Positions 52,791-64,000 of a DNA stretch of 64,000 nucleotides are shown piece after piece. The stretch is from Mobula hypostoma (taxonomy: Eukaryota), in assembly GCF_963921235.1 (NCBI RefSeq), contig NC_086097.1, positions 171,618,001 to 171,682,000 on the forward strand, read 5' to 3'. Position 1 is the stretch's first letter, and each line of letters begins with the position of its first letter. Under the pieces are notes generated by a model. That model made no database searches. It was given only the letters and a program-made list of their open reading frames with translations, and was not told the DNA's origin. Made by a program: the position numbers and the translations under genes.

Positions 52791-53911
52791 TCTGTTGCTA
52801 CAACTTTTTCTGTCAGACAAATCCCTTCGGTTCACAATAGTGTCGTGATCAGCGCATTAGCGGAGGTTTCTCAACTGGAAGCAGACAGCAGAGGAACAGA
52901 TGGCAGACCCATCATTGCACAACCTGATGAAGATGGCAGGATGGAGGTCAGCACTAGACCTCTGTTTAATTCATTCAGAAGCAGGATGCAAAAGCAGTTT
53001 TTAATCCCTTTAACAAATGACAGAGTTAACTATGCAGCCTTCCCTCTGTAGTATAGCACAGTTTGGCTTTTACTGAGGTACCATTGAAGCAGAGTGCTTG
53101 GAATGTATTCTCATTCGAGGAACTTTGTTTAAATTTAATTAAGTGATCCCTCATAGATTAAGATTGCATTTGTTGTCCAACAAGTGTAACTTTTGTAGTA
53201 ACTTTACAAACTCATACACATTTGGCTTATTGTAAATACAAAGCATCCAAGGTTGTACTTTGCCAGCGTTAGACTATAATAAAACTGCTGCCTACTCTGA
53301 GAAATCCTTTTAAGTTACTAGACTAAGGTCCAAAACACACTTTTCTCTCACACTCTATTTACATTCTTCCGGAATGATTAGTTACAATGAACAAGCATTC
53401 ACTTCCTCTCTTAGGAATGACAGCAATTGGATCACGTGGCAACCTTTGTGCCACCACAAACATTCCCTGTGTTCTCTCCACTCCTCCATATCTCTGCAAC
53501 TTAAAAGGTGCTAATTTTCTCACTTATCCAATTCTGATGAAAGATCATTTATCTGATAATTAAACTGTGTTTCACTCTCCACAGGTGCTACATGTGCGGA
53601 ACAGAAATGCAGGGCCTTAGACAGCAAGACCCTACAGAGGACAGTAGCAAATGCTGAGGTGATCATTCGAGTCTCCCTCCTTCTTATTTGTGATATTTAC
53701 TGGGAGCATTGCAGACAAAGGGCCCAGAGCATTGGTGAGGATCCCTACCACCTATCCCACAATCTCTTTGACCCACTACCATCAGGAAGAAGGTACAGAA
53801 GTCTCAGGACTAGGACTGCCAGACGGTACCAGCTTCGTCATTTGGGCTGTGAGACTAATGAATGCTCTGACACCAGCGACGTCTCGCCACTAGGACAGCA
53901 AGCTGTTTACA

Positions 53912-54294
53912 GTCAACACACACAAAATGCTGGAGGAACTCAGCAGGCCAGGCAGCATCTATGGAAAAGAGTACAGTCGATGTTTCGGGCCAAGACCCTT
54001 CGGACTGCTTCTTGTTTGGTGTCGACATCATGCAGCGTCGCAAGTGTTTGATTATAGTTGGCCACTGGTGGTATATACACTGGAGTGAGGATTACACATG
54101 AGAATTCCTGAGGTCAATTGAATGGACGGCATTTAATCATTTGGTGCTCCAAGTCAGGGAAGCACTAGGCCCAGGGAAGAGTCTTGTCCGAACCGAAACG
54201 TCAGCTGTCCTCTTTCCCATAGATGTTACCTGAGTTCCTCCAACATTTTGTGTGTGTTGCTTTGGATCTCCAGCATCTGCAGATTTTCTCTTGT
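53912..54294. repeat. Inverted pair of Penelope pLTR-derived repeats around a ~165-bp spacer
   Basis: caacacacacaaaatgctggaggaactcag (53914) mirrored by ctgagttcctccaacattttgtgtgtgttg (54230-54259). Confidence 0.75.
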
Positions 54295-54799
54295 CTGAGC
54301 TGTTGACAGTACTGTTTACCTGTGCTGAGCTTTACTACATGCATTTTGAATTATATTTTATTAACTTATTATAATATAATATGTTGGTTTACATGCTGTG
54401 TGTGATATATGCTATGTGGGTACACCATGATATGGAGGAATTTTTTTTTGTTTGGTTGTATATATGTAAGTCAGATGACAATAAACTTGAGCGTGAACTT
54501 GTGCGTGACCAGTTGAATATCATCAGAATTTTGTCTGTATATTTCCTCATTTGAAAGCCGTTATTCTGCACTTCAATGTCCAAACCCTTCTCCTTTGATA
54601 TCGTGATGCTCAGAGCATACAATGAGAGAAGGTAGATCCTTCCTGACTGCACCAGGCGGTTTCAATGCAACACCTGTGCAGATCCATTGAAAAGGACGGT
54701 ATGGCCATTTGATTACTTTATGCCTGCTCTGCCGTTCATTCAGCACTACTTTCGTGTAGGTCGCCCCTTATCCATTGATTCCTTAATATCAATGTCAGA

Positions 54800-55715
54800 C
54801 TACTGTTTACAGCTCCACTTTCAAAACTAAGAATCCTCTCAAACTCATCTCCAAATTCCTAGACGTGGGACTCAACACCTCCCAATGTAATGGTATCTTT
54901 GACTTCCTGACCAACAGACTGCAATGAGTAATAATAGATAGCAATACCTCCAAGCCGATTATCCTCAACACTGCTGGCCCACAGGGCTGAGTCCTCAGCC
55001 ACTATTTTACTGTCTATACACTCACAATTGTTTTAAATTCTATTCTAACTCCACCTACAAGTTTGCAGATGCCACCACCATAGTGGGCCAAATATCAGAT
55101 ACCGATGAGCTGGAGTACTAGAATGAGATAGAGAGCGTAATAACATGGTGTCATGATGACAACCTTTCCCTCAGTGTTAGCAAAACAAAAGATCTGGTCA
55201 TTGACATTAGAAATGGGGGCAGTGGACATGCTCCTGTTTGCATCAATGGTGCTGTGGTCAAGAAGATAGAGAGCTCAGAGCTTCAAATTCTTAGGTGTGA
55301 ATATTATCAATAACCTGTTCTAGCCCAACCACATTGATAACACGACCAAAAAAAGCACACATACGCTACAATTCATCCAGAGGCTAAAGAATTTTGGCAT
55401 GTCCTGTTCGGCCCACTGCAATTTTTATAGATACAAAGTAGGAAGCATCCATGCTGGATGCATTATGGCTTGGTATGGCAACAAGACCCGGATCACAAGT
55501 ATCTGCAGAGAGTAATGACACAGCTCAGTTCATCACAGAAACCAGCCTCCTCCCCATGGACTCTGTCTACACTGCTTGCTGCCTTGAAAAAACAGCCAGC
55601 ATAATTAAAGACTACACTCACCCTGGACATTTTATCTTCTACCCCCTCCCATTGGGCAGAAGATACAAAAACCTGAAAGTACATACCACAATGCTCAAGA
55701 ACAATTTCTATTCTT
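54800..55715 (+). mobile_element. Rex1-like LINE RT 3' half
   Basis: KFAD region near 55060; ORF 55451..55717 (PLPLGRRYKNLK). Confidence 0.8.
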
Positions 55716-56877
55716 AAAGTGAAAATTGATAGTTTCCCGATTGGTCAGGGCTTCAAAGGTTATGGCAAGAAGGCAAGTGTATGGGGTTGAGTGGAATCCG
55801 GGATCAGCCAGGATGGAATGGCAGAACAGACTCGATGGGCTGATTGGCCTAATTCTGCTCCTACATCTTATGAGCTTATCCCACTATTATAAGACTGTTG
55901 ATCAGTATAATAAAATTGACTCTTAACCTCATAATCCACCTTGTTATGACCTTATACCTTATTGTCTACTTGCACTGTACTTTCTCTGCAGCTGGAACAC
56001 ATTATTGCACATTCTGTTCTTGTTTTCCCTTGAGCAGTACTGCTTCAATTCTCTGTTGCACTGAACTGATCTTTATAGATACAAAATCTCGGTACATGTG
56101 ACAATAATAAGCCAATTTGCCAGTTCCCCAATTTAAAGCAATATGGATAGAGAGACGTTGAAGGTGAGAATTTCCATGTTTGGTTTTGTGGCAGCTTATG
56201 GCTTGGACATCTATAATGGAGTGAATAACATTCAAGGTACACAGTAGAAAGGGATGAGAGAAGGGTAGTGGTGCCAGTGGGAATAATACTGGAGGATGTC
56301 ATTAACACAAATGTTCCAAAACTCCCCCAGAGATTATAGTATTGTTTAATTGAACCAATCTGCATGGAATCTAGCTTGTGTTGGTTTTTAAACTGGGCAG
56401 CTATCAACCAAACAAGTCCTCAAGGGGTGCATGGATTGAAGTGGACTAGCTCAATACTGTGGTCCCAGGAGAAGAGTAACAGCCTTCATATAACCAGGAG
56501 ACAACGAGAAACACTGGAAGTGCCTTCTCAGTGTAGGTCTACAGTCTGACCTGGCACTCTGACCCCAGCCATAATAAGACAAAAGAAGACAGAATGCCTT
56601 CATACAACAGAACTATACAACAGGGAGCACATGGAATGGATTCTCACTGTCTTCACTGTAGGGTCTGAGAATCCCTCTCCACAGATGCTTCCTAGCAAGC
56701 TGAGTACTTGGAGCATTTTCTACTCTTTATATCAGATTTTAATCTACAATGTCTATGATTTTCTTTATGATAGTACTGGATCTGCTACCCTGACTAAATC
56801 AAATTTTATGTACCTTCTAATCCAGGCAGTATCCTGGGAAACCTCAGCACTCTCTCCAAAGCCTTGATACTCTTCTT

Positions 56878-57110
56878 CTTTTGATCGCTGGTGAGATCAC
56901 TCTGCTACAGAGAAGGGAGACTGCCTTTTGATCGCTGGTGAGATCACTCTGCTACAGAGAAGGGAGACTGCCTTTTGATCGCTGGTGAGATCACTCTGCT
57001 ACAGAGAAGGGAGACTGCCTTTTGATCGCTGGTGAGGACGCTCAGCTATGGAGAGGGAAGACCGCCTTTTGATCACTGATGGGATCACTCACTGTCAGAA
57101 AGGGAAAGGC
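56878..57110 (+). repeat. 47-bp minisatellite: three identical units plus two degenerate units
   Basis: CTTTTGATCGCTGGTGAGATCACTCTGCTACAGAGAAGGGAGACTGC starting at 56878, 56925 and 56972; degenerate units from 57019 and about 57066. Confidence 0.95.
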
Positions 57111-57702
57111 CTGCCACTGTGCCTGGAGAATGTTCCCAGGTTTTCTGCATTCTGGATACGGACTTGGACTATAGAATTTTTTTTCAGTTTTATAGTTTTT
57201 TATATTCTGTGCTTTTCACCCAGACTTTCTCAGTTTTTTGTGTGTGGGGAAAGGGATTTGGAGGTTGATGATCATGCTGCCATTATTTTCTTCCTTGGTT
57301 TTGTGGCTATCCGGAGAAGAGTTGTGTACTTTGATAATAAATTTACTTTTGAACCTTTGATCTTTGATCTATATCCAGCTGTGTTCTTTGCCAGTCATCT
57401 ATACTATCTACAACACCATCAATCTTTGTATAATCTGCAAAATTACTAACACACCCATCCACATTTTCAACCAGGTCATTTATATACATCACAAACAGAA
57501 AAGGTCCCAGTAAAGATCCCTGCAGAACACTACTAACACAGGTCTCCAGGAAAAATAAGTCCCTTCGACCACCACTCTCATTTTTCTATGGGCAAACCAT
57601 TTCTGAATCCAAACTGCTAATTCACCATTGATCCGATGCATCTTAGTCTTCTGAATGAGCCTGTCTGGAGAGATCTTGTCAAATGCCTTCCTAAAATCCA
57701 TG

Positions 57703-59257
57703 TTTCTCTCTGGCTATCCATCCCATAGGATGATGATGGTTCCTTTCAGTCAGTTAATCGGGTTTGATATGTGCGTCCTGAAGTGGCTGTAAAGCCAATC
57801 CTTGACAGGCACTGCTTGCCACATACTTGGCAGATGAGGCCTGGAGGGGCAGCAGGGGCAGAAGCTCTGTTGTGGTGCTTCCTGTGCCTTTCCTCTGTTG
57901 CCTCATTGAACTTGTTCTCAGCAGCATCCACACCTTTCCTGATGGCGTCCCTCCACTGTGAGCGATCTTGAGCCAGATCCTCCCATGTTGATGGGGCAAT
58001 GTCAGCTTTCTTGAGGCTCCTTTGCAGAACATCCTTGTACCATAGTCGCTGGCCTCTTCGTTTTCGGGTTCCACTGGACAGTTGACCGTACAAGATGTCC
58101 TTGGGCAGTCTTCCGTCAGGCAGGCTGACAACATGTCCTGCCCAGTGCAGTTGGGCTGACATCATCAAGATTGAAACTGCTGGCATTCCGGCTTGAGAGA
58201 GGACCTTGGTATTGGAGACCTTGTCTCGCCAGGTGATCTTCATCAGAGAACGTAGGTGACGCTGCTGCAGTTGGTCAAGCTGGCGTAAGTGTCTCTGATA
58301 TGGGCACCATGTCTCACATCCGTATAACAAGGTTGATATGACAACGGCCCTGCATACCTTGCACTTAGTGACCAACCTGATGTTCTGTGACCATACTCAA
58401 TCTCTTAGCTAAGCAAAGGCAAAGCAGGCCTTTCTGGTTTTTGACTCAATCTGTACATCCAGAGAAGTTGAGGATGTTATTATGCTGCCCAGATAGCAAA
58501 ACTTGTTGACAGCATTGAGACAAATATCATCAATGAGGACAGTTGGTTCTTCGTAGCTTGAGCCAGGAGCCGGTTGGTACAAAACTTCTGTCTTTTTCAG
58601 GCTGATTGTCAGTCCGAAGCTTTTGGCTGCACTGGCAAAGTGACTGGTGATCTCCTGTAAGTCTTTGAGAGAGTGGGCAACCAGTGCACAGTCATCAGCA
58701 AACTGTAGCTCATGCGCCACAACGTCCCTGACTTTTGTTTTTGCTCACAGTCTTGCAAGGTTGAGGAACCCGCCATCAGCCCTCGTTTGTAGGAAGACCC
58801 CTAACTTCAAGTCTGATGTGGCATCCTGAAGAACAGCTGTGAAGAATAGTCCAAACAGAGTAGGAGCCAGAACACAACCCTGTTTTATGCTGTTGCTGAT
58901 CAAAAATGGGTCTGACAACTCACCACACATGTTGATGTGGCCTTCCATGCTTTCGTGGAACTGACGGATGATGTTGGTTAGGCGTGGGGGGAAACCGAAT
59001 TCTGGTAGGAGCTTCCACAAGCCATCTCTACCAATAGTGTCAAACGCTTTGGTTAGATCAACAAATGTGACATAGAGACTTCTCTGCTGCTCAACACATT
59101 TCCCTTGGAGCTGCCTCAGTGAAAAGATCATGTCCACTGTACTATGGCCTGTTCGAAAACCACACTGGCTTTCTGGAAGGATGTTGTCACTGATGTTGGA
59201 CACCAAGCGTCTAAGGGTGATCTTCGCGAGGCATTTTCCGGCAACTGATAGAAGAGA
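57703..59257 (-). mobile_element. RTE-clade LINE, 5'-truncated
   Basis: LPESQCGFR, FVDLTKAFD, KQGCVLAPTLF (58745..59353), LQFADD (58409..58720), LLYGCETW, L.WAGHV, RLPK..LYG and a C-terminal CxxC (57746..58375). Confidence 0.93.
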
Positions 59258-62200
59258 GATGCATCTTAATCTTCTGAATGAGCCTGTCATGAGAGATCTT
59301 GTCAAATGCCTTCTTAAAATCCATGCAGACAATATCAACAGCTCTACTGTCATCAGTCATCCTTGTCCTTTCTTCTAACTGGAACGTACCTGTCCAGTAC
59401 TCCGTGCAGTTGGTCTTTAAACACCCTGCATATGTCAGATGTGGACTTGCCAAAAAAAAACAGCTGTTCCCAATTAACTCTTCCTAGTTCCTGTCTAATG
59501 CTGACATAATGCTGGCTCTGCTCCAATTTAATGCTCTTTCACAAGGTCCATACTTAGCTTTTTCTATATCTATCCTAGAACTTAAGGAGATGTGGTCACT
59601 GTTCCTTAACTGCTTACCCACTGAAAGGTCCGTCACCTGGCCAAGCTCTTTACTCAACAGCAGATCAGTGCAGTCACTCCTCTTGTTGGACTACCTACAT
59701 ATTGATTTAAGAAATCTTCTTGGATGCACCGAACAAATTTTGCCACATCTGAACCTCGTACACTCAGATGGTCCCAGTTTATATTGGGGAAGTTGAAGTT
59801 TCCCTATGCCAACAACACCATTCCTTTACAATTGTCATTAATCTACCTCCATATGTGTTTCTCAATACCCCGCGGGCTACTGGGGTGTCTGTAGTACAAT
59901 CCCACCAGAGTGATTGCACCCTTCCTATTTTGGGTTTTCAGTGGACTCCATTATGTTCCCTCTGAGTGCAGCTGTGATATTGTCCCCGATTGGTAGTGTA
60001 TCTCCCCCACCTCTTTTGCTGCCTCTCCATCTTTTCAAAAATACTGAAATCCTGGGACATTAAGCACCCATTCATGTCCCTCTCTCAATCACACCTCTGT
60101 AATAGCCACAACATCATAATTCCATGTACTGATCCATGTTCTAACTTTACCTGTAATACTCCGAGCATTAAAACACACCCTTCAAACTATCCATCCTATC
60201 GTATCTATTACTTTGCTACTGCCTGTTTTTACTAGCCCTGACATTCAACTTCCTTTTCATCTCTCCACTTTATGACCAGGTTTAGGTGCAACGTGTCCCT
60301 CTTGTACAGATCACTCCTGCCCCAAAAGAGGTTTCAATGAAACAAGAACCTGAAAACCTGCCCCCTGCACCAGTTCCTCAGGCATGGATTCATCTATAGT
60401 ATCATCCTAATCCTGCCCTGACTAGTGCTTGGCACCTGGAGTAATCCAGGGGTTACTACCTTGGAGGTCCTGCTCTTCCGCCTCTTTCTTATCTCTCTAT
60501 ACTCTCTGTGCAGGACCTCTTCCCCCTCTCTACCTATGATATTAGTGCCAATATGCACCATAATCTTTGGTTGTTTCCCACCCCTTCAGAACATTCTGCA
60601 GCTGCTCCAAGACATCCTGGACCCTAATAGCTGGGAGGCAGCACACCATCCTGGCATCTCTTTCTCAGCTACAAAATCTCTTGTCTTCTCTTGTCGAGTC
60701 ACCGATCACCATTGTCGTTACCCTTCGCTGCTGGGCCTCAGAGCTGGCCACAGCGTCACAGGCCTGGCTGCAGCTGCTGTGCCCTGGTAGGTCATTCCCC
60801 CCACCCCCAACAATATCCAGAGAGGTACATTTGTTGCTGAGGGGAATGGCCACAGATGAACTCTGCACTAACTGCTAACTCCCCTTAGTTCTCCTGTTGG
60901 TCACCCATCTACTATCTGAAGGCTACACTCTGAGCATGGCCACCTCAGTAAAAATTTCATCTATAAGATTTTCAAACTCCAGGATGGTCCTGAGTACATC
61001 CAGCTCCAGCCACAGTTCCTTGACTTTGTCAGTCAGGAGCTGAAATTAGGTGCATTTCCTGAATATGTACTCATGAGGAAGACTGAAAACTCACATCTCA
61101 CAGGAGGGGCACTCTCCCACCTTAATAATACCACCTGCATTGAACTAAAGACTGAAGATTTACAGACAATAAAAAGCTTTCCTGTTCTTACCTGTGCCTT
61201 CTCTCTGAAACCTTGCACTCACCTGGGTCACCTACTCAGCCTCTTCTCACTGAGCTTGTTATACCTTTGGCTCAAACTTCTCAGACTCAAGTTCCACAAT
61301 CAAAACAAATGATTCATCACCCTTTTCCTGCACCTGTTCTTGATGAAGCTTGTTCACCCAAAGCCTGACCACTCTAACACTGCCCACATACACAATGGCC
61401 GCTCTCACAAGAGTCACTCTGCTTACACCTCACATCTTTTTACTGACTCAAATAGGTCTTTTACACTTAAATGGTAAGTGTGTGGAATGCACTGCCAGGG
61501 GTGATGGGAGAGTCAGATATAATAGGGAGAGTTAAGAGACTCTTGGGTAGACGTATGGATGAGAGAAAAGTGGACTGAAGAGGCTGTACTGTGCTGTGAT
61601 CATTTGTATATCACTGCTGGAATGATCTGACCTCCATTCTTTAATATTTCTTCCCTTTGTATGCTTTTTTCTTTGCTTTTCCCACTACAATTTAGCACCT
61701 TAACAACACTTCAGCTTTTGTTGTTTATTCCTAATATCCCTTGAACTAAGAGTCAGCAGAGTCAAGTCAAGTTTAATGCCATGAGCATGGTGAGGTACAG
61801 GTACAATGAAAAACTTGATTGCAGCACATCACAGCCAAATACATACAGACAATACAAAAAATAAACTGTCAATAAATTACACAAGGATTAGACAATGGGT
61901 GACAAAATCATAGACAGAGAGAAAAGAAAACTGTGCAAATCAATATTTCAGTGCACAAAAAATACAAAGATACAATCAGAGTTATGTCCATAGCAATGCA
62001 GGAAATAATTGTCAACAACCAACATCACACAGAGAAGGAAACACGGTATCTTTACCCAGTCTGTCTTTAAGATTCGAAGGTGTTCATTATTGAAGTAGGG
62101 TTATGATTGGGCAGGTTGATTGAAGAACCTAATGGTTATAGGAGAGTTAGCTGGTCCTGAGCCTGCATGATGTGGGACCTCACATATTTTATAATCACAT

Positions 62201-63519
62201 ATTCTAGGTTCTCACATAAGCCATAGAAACAATTATTTCATTCTCCTTTAAACTTGTGAAATGGAAATGACATTAAACAATTTTGAATCTTGAAGAGAGA
62301 CTGGGTAAAGATACTATGTTTCCTTCTCCATGTGATATTGGTTCCTGACAGTTATTTCCTTCTGCCTTACTATGGTTGCAAGCTTATTCAGAATCCTTTG
62401 AGTAGCTAGAATCATTAGTTTCCAAATCCCTCATTCGCTGCACATGCAGGAGATCAAAGGATTGCAACAGTGTTTGTCATGGTTGTTCTCCAGCTCTCTG
62501 TCATCATGGATTATCAAGAATAATCATCAACCATTAAGTATATTAGTCATGGAATCAGGGAATCATTACACTGTGAGATTCAAATCCACACTAGTAAGAG
62601 CAATCCAATCACTCCTGTTCCCAGTATTCTCCTTGTAGCCCTGAATCTCCCTTTAAATCTCTTCCATATCTCTCTGACTCCCTTTTAAAGACAAAGATTA
62701 AATCTATCTCCACCACTCACCCAGGCTATGAAACCCCCAGGTGATTACTGTCAGGGATCTTCACAGCAACTTGGTGACCTACAATCTTTCCAGATTAATA
62801 TAATTTCTCTCATTCTTTCCCTTTGATTAATGCCTTTTATGTCGGTCTGTATTTGTGCACCATTTTACTCAAAACCTTTGTCAGCCAGAATGATCTCACG
62901 CTCAAAGATAAAGGTCAAAGTCAGAACATTCAGAACGTTCAAATGCTCCATTTCTATGATGCCATTGTATCTTAGCATGGTTTAAATGGCAGCAAATTAC
63001 ATTCTTAATAATCATTCATGCATAGTCACATGCAAAGCAGTTCAGATGGTGATTCAACTCGCTCCCCCTAACACCATACCCAGGCAGGAATCCAGCTCAG
63101 ATCTCCAACAATGGCCTTTTCTTCAAGATGGCATCACTACCCAGAATGGAAATCAAAAACAAAGAGCCAGTTGGAGGTTATCAAGCAGATGGTAAAGTTA
63201 AGTGCAGACACTTAGTTCAATTTTGTTTACAAAGAATGCACCATTCTGAGATGCAATTCAGCTACTGTGTCAGTCAGTTGTGCGGTTAGCTCGCTTGGCC
63301 AATGAATCCTTGGCCCATGCTTCAATACAGTTCAGAGAGAGTGTAACACAGGGTCTGTGAGCCCCATTCAAAAACTACATGCTATTTTTTGTGCTTCCTG
63401 CACACAATCAGATCCTAATGTACTGCAAGATAACGAGCATCCTGATGCATGCATCTTTGCTGTCCAGATGTTCCAGGGTTGAGTGAAGAGCTAGTGAAAT
63501 GGCATCTTCTGTGGACCTG

Positions 63520-63740
63520 TTGTGCCGGTATGCAAATTGGAGCTAATCCAAGTTGCTTCTCAACCAAGTCGAGTTCCTCACTTGCAGACCGCAGTCAGTC
63601 AGAATGGAAACAACATCTCATCCACAATCTCCATCAGCACAAGTACACCACAAGGCTGTGTGCTTAGCCCCTTGCTCTACTCACTTTATATGTATAACTG
63701 TGAAGCTAACACAGCTTCAATGCTATACTCAAGTTTGCTG
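63520..63740 (+). mobile_element. Rex1-like RT fragment
   Basis: caaggctgtgtgcttagcccc (QGCVLSP) through aagtttgct (KFA). Confidence 0.7.
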
Positions 63741-64000
63741 CTAGTTTTGGTTAACGTCTATGCTCCCAACATGGACTGCCCGAAATTTTACAAATTATTA
63801 TTTAATTTGTTCCCAAATTTGAATGAATTTTCACTAATCTCGGGCAGGGATCTTAATACTTGTTTATCCCCATCTTTGGACCATTCGGCTCCTTTACGGA
63901 TCTTACCCAATAAATCTGCAACCTTGATTAACTCATTCCTTTCAGATTCCAGGTTGACGGACATTTGGCGTTTTTTGCATCCTCAGGAAAAAGATTTTTC
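63741..64000 (+). mobile_element. L1-clade ORF2 endonuclease fragment, open to the window end
   Basis: Own translation from 63741: LVLVNVYAPN...LISGRDLNTCL...LTDIWRFLHP, APE motifs; not in the ORF track because it runs off the window. Confidence 0.85.

Larger units (their letters stand above)
56790..61400 (-). mobile_element. Long decayed CR1 LINE (ORF1 esterase-like + ORF2) interrupted by RTE and other inserts
   Basis: ORF1 remnants QLLTDKVKELWLELDVL (about 60980-61045) and PLSNK...VIGDS (60665..60868); RT remnant MDFRKAFDKI (57489..57701, 59211..59453). Confidence 0.8.

Noticed and set aside
53585..53870. Exon after the ctctccacag acceptor (ORF 53659..54051)
   Set aside because: The acceptor lies in a pLTR-derived repeat and the downstream sequence is Rex1 RT C-terminus (PLPSGRRYRS).
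56878..57110. Regularly spaced repeats resembling a CRISPR array
   Set aside because: The units are fully identical with no unique spacers, there are no cas genes and the context is eukaryotic; it is a minisatellite.
1..64000. Prokaryotic-type system (retron, DGR, defence island) suggested by many RT ORFs
   Set aside because: All RTs match eukaryotic CR1, Rex1, RTE, Penelope or Gypsy types, are fragmented, and show no operon structure.

Overview
Eukaryotic, repeat-dominated vertebrate DNA. It is most likely intronic or intergenic sequence from a cartilaginous fish (shark or ray), inferred from an HE1/HER1-type V-SINE and the mix of CR1, Rex1, Penelope, RTE and L1 elements. Most of the window is decayed retrotransposons, often nested several layers deep: many CR1 and Rex1/Babar-like LINE pieces, one Penelope-like element (RT plus GIY-YIG), a sushi-type Ty3/Gypsy LTR element, an RTE LINE, two L1 fragments, two SINEs, small DNA-transposon MITEs and non-autonomous retroposons. 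Almost every ORF in the track is a TE fragment, its antisense shadow or low-complexity sequence. I recognise no host gene, rRNA, tRNA or CRISPR array, and only weak candidate exons. I do not see a convincing new biological system. The best leads are: a 68-bp target duplication around the RTE; minimal hammerhead-ribozyme motifs in Penelope-derived repeats, some as inverted pairs; a possible self-priming signal in the Gypsy LTR/PBS; a tRNA-headed SINE with RTE-like parts; and non-coding retroposon families. Family names come from motif recognition, not database searches. Boundaries without a stated target duplication are approximate.
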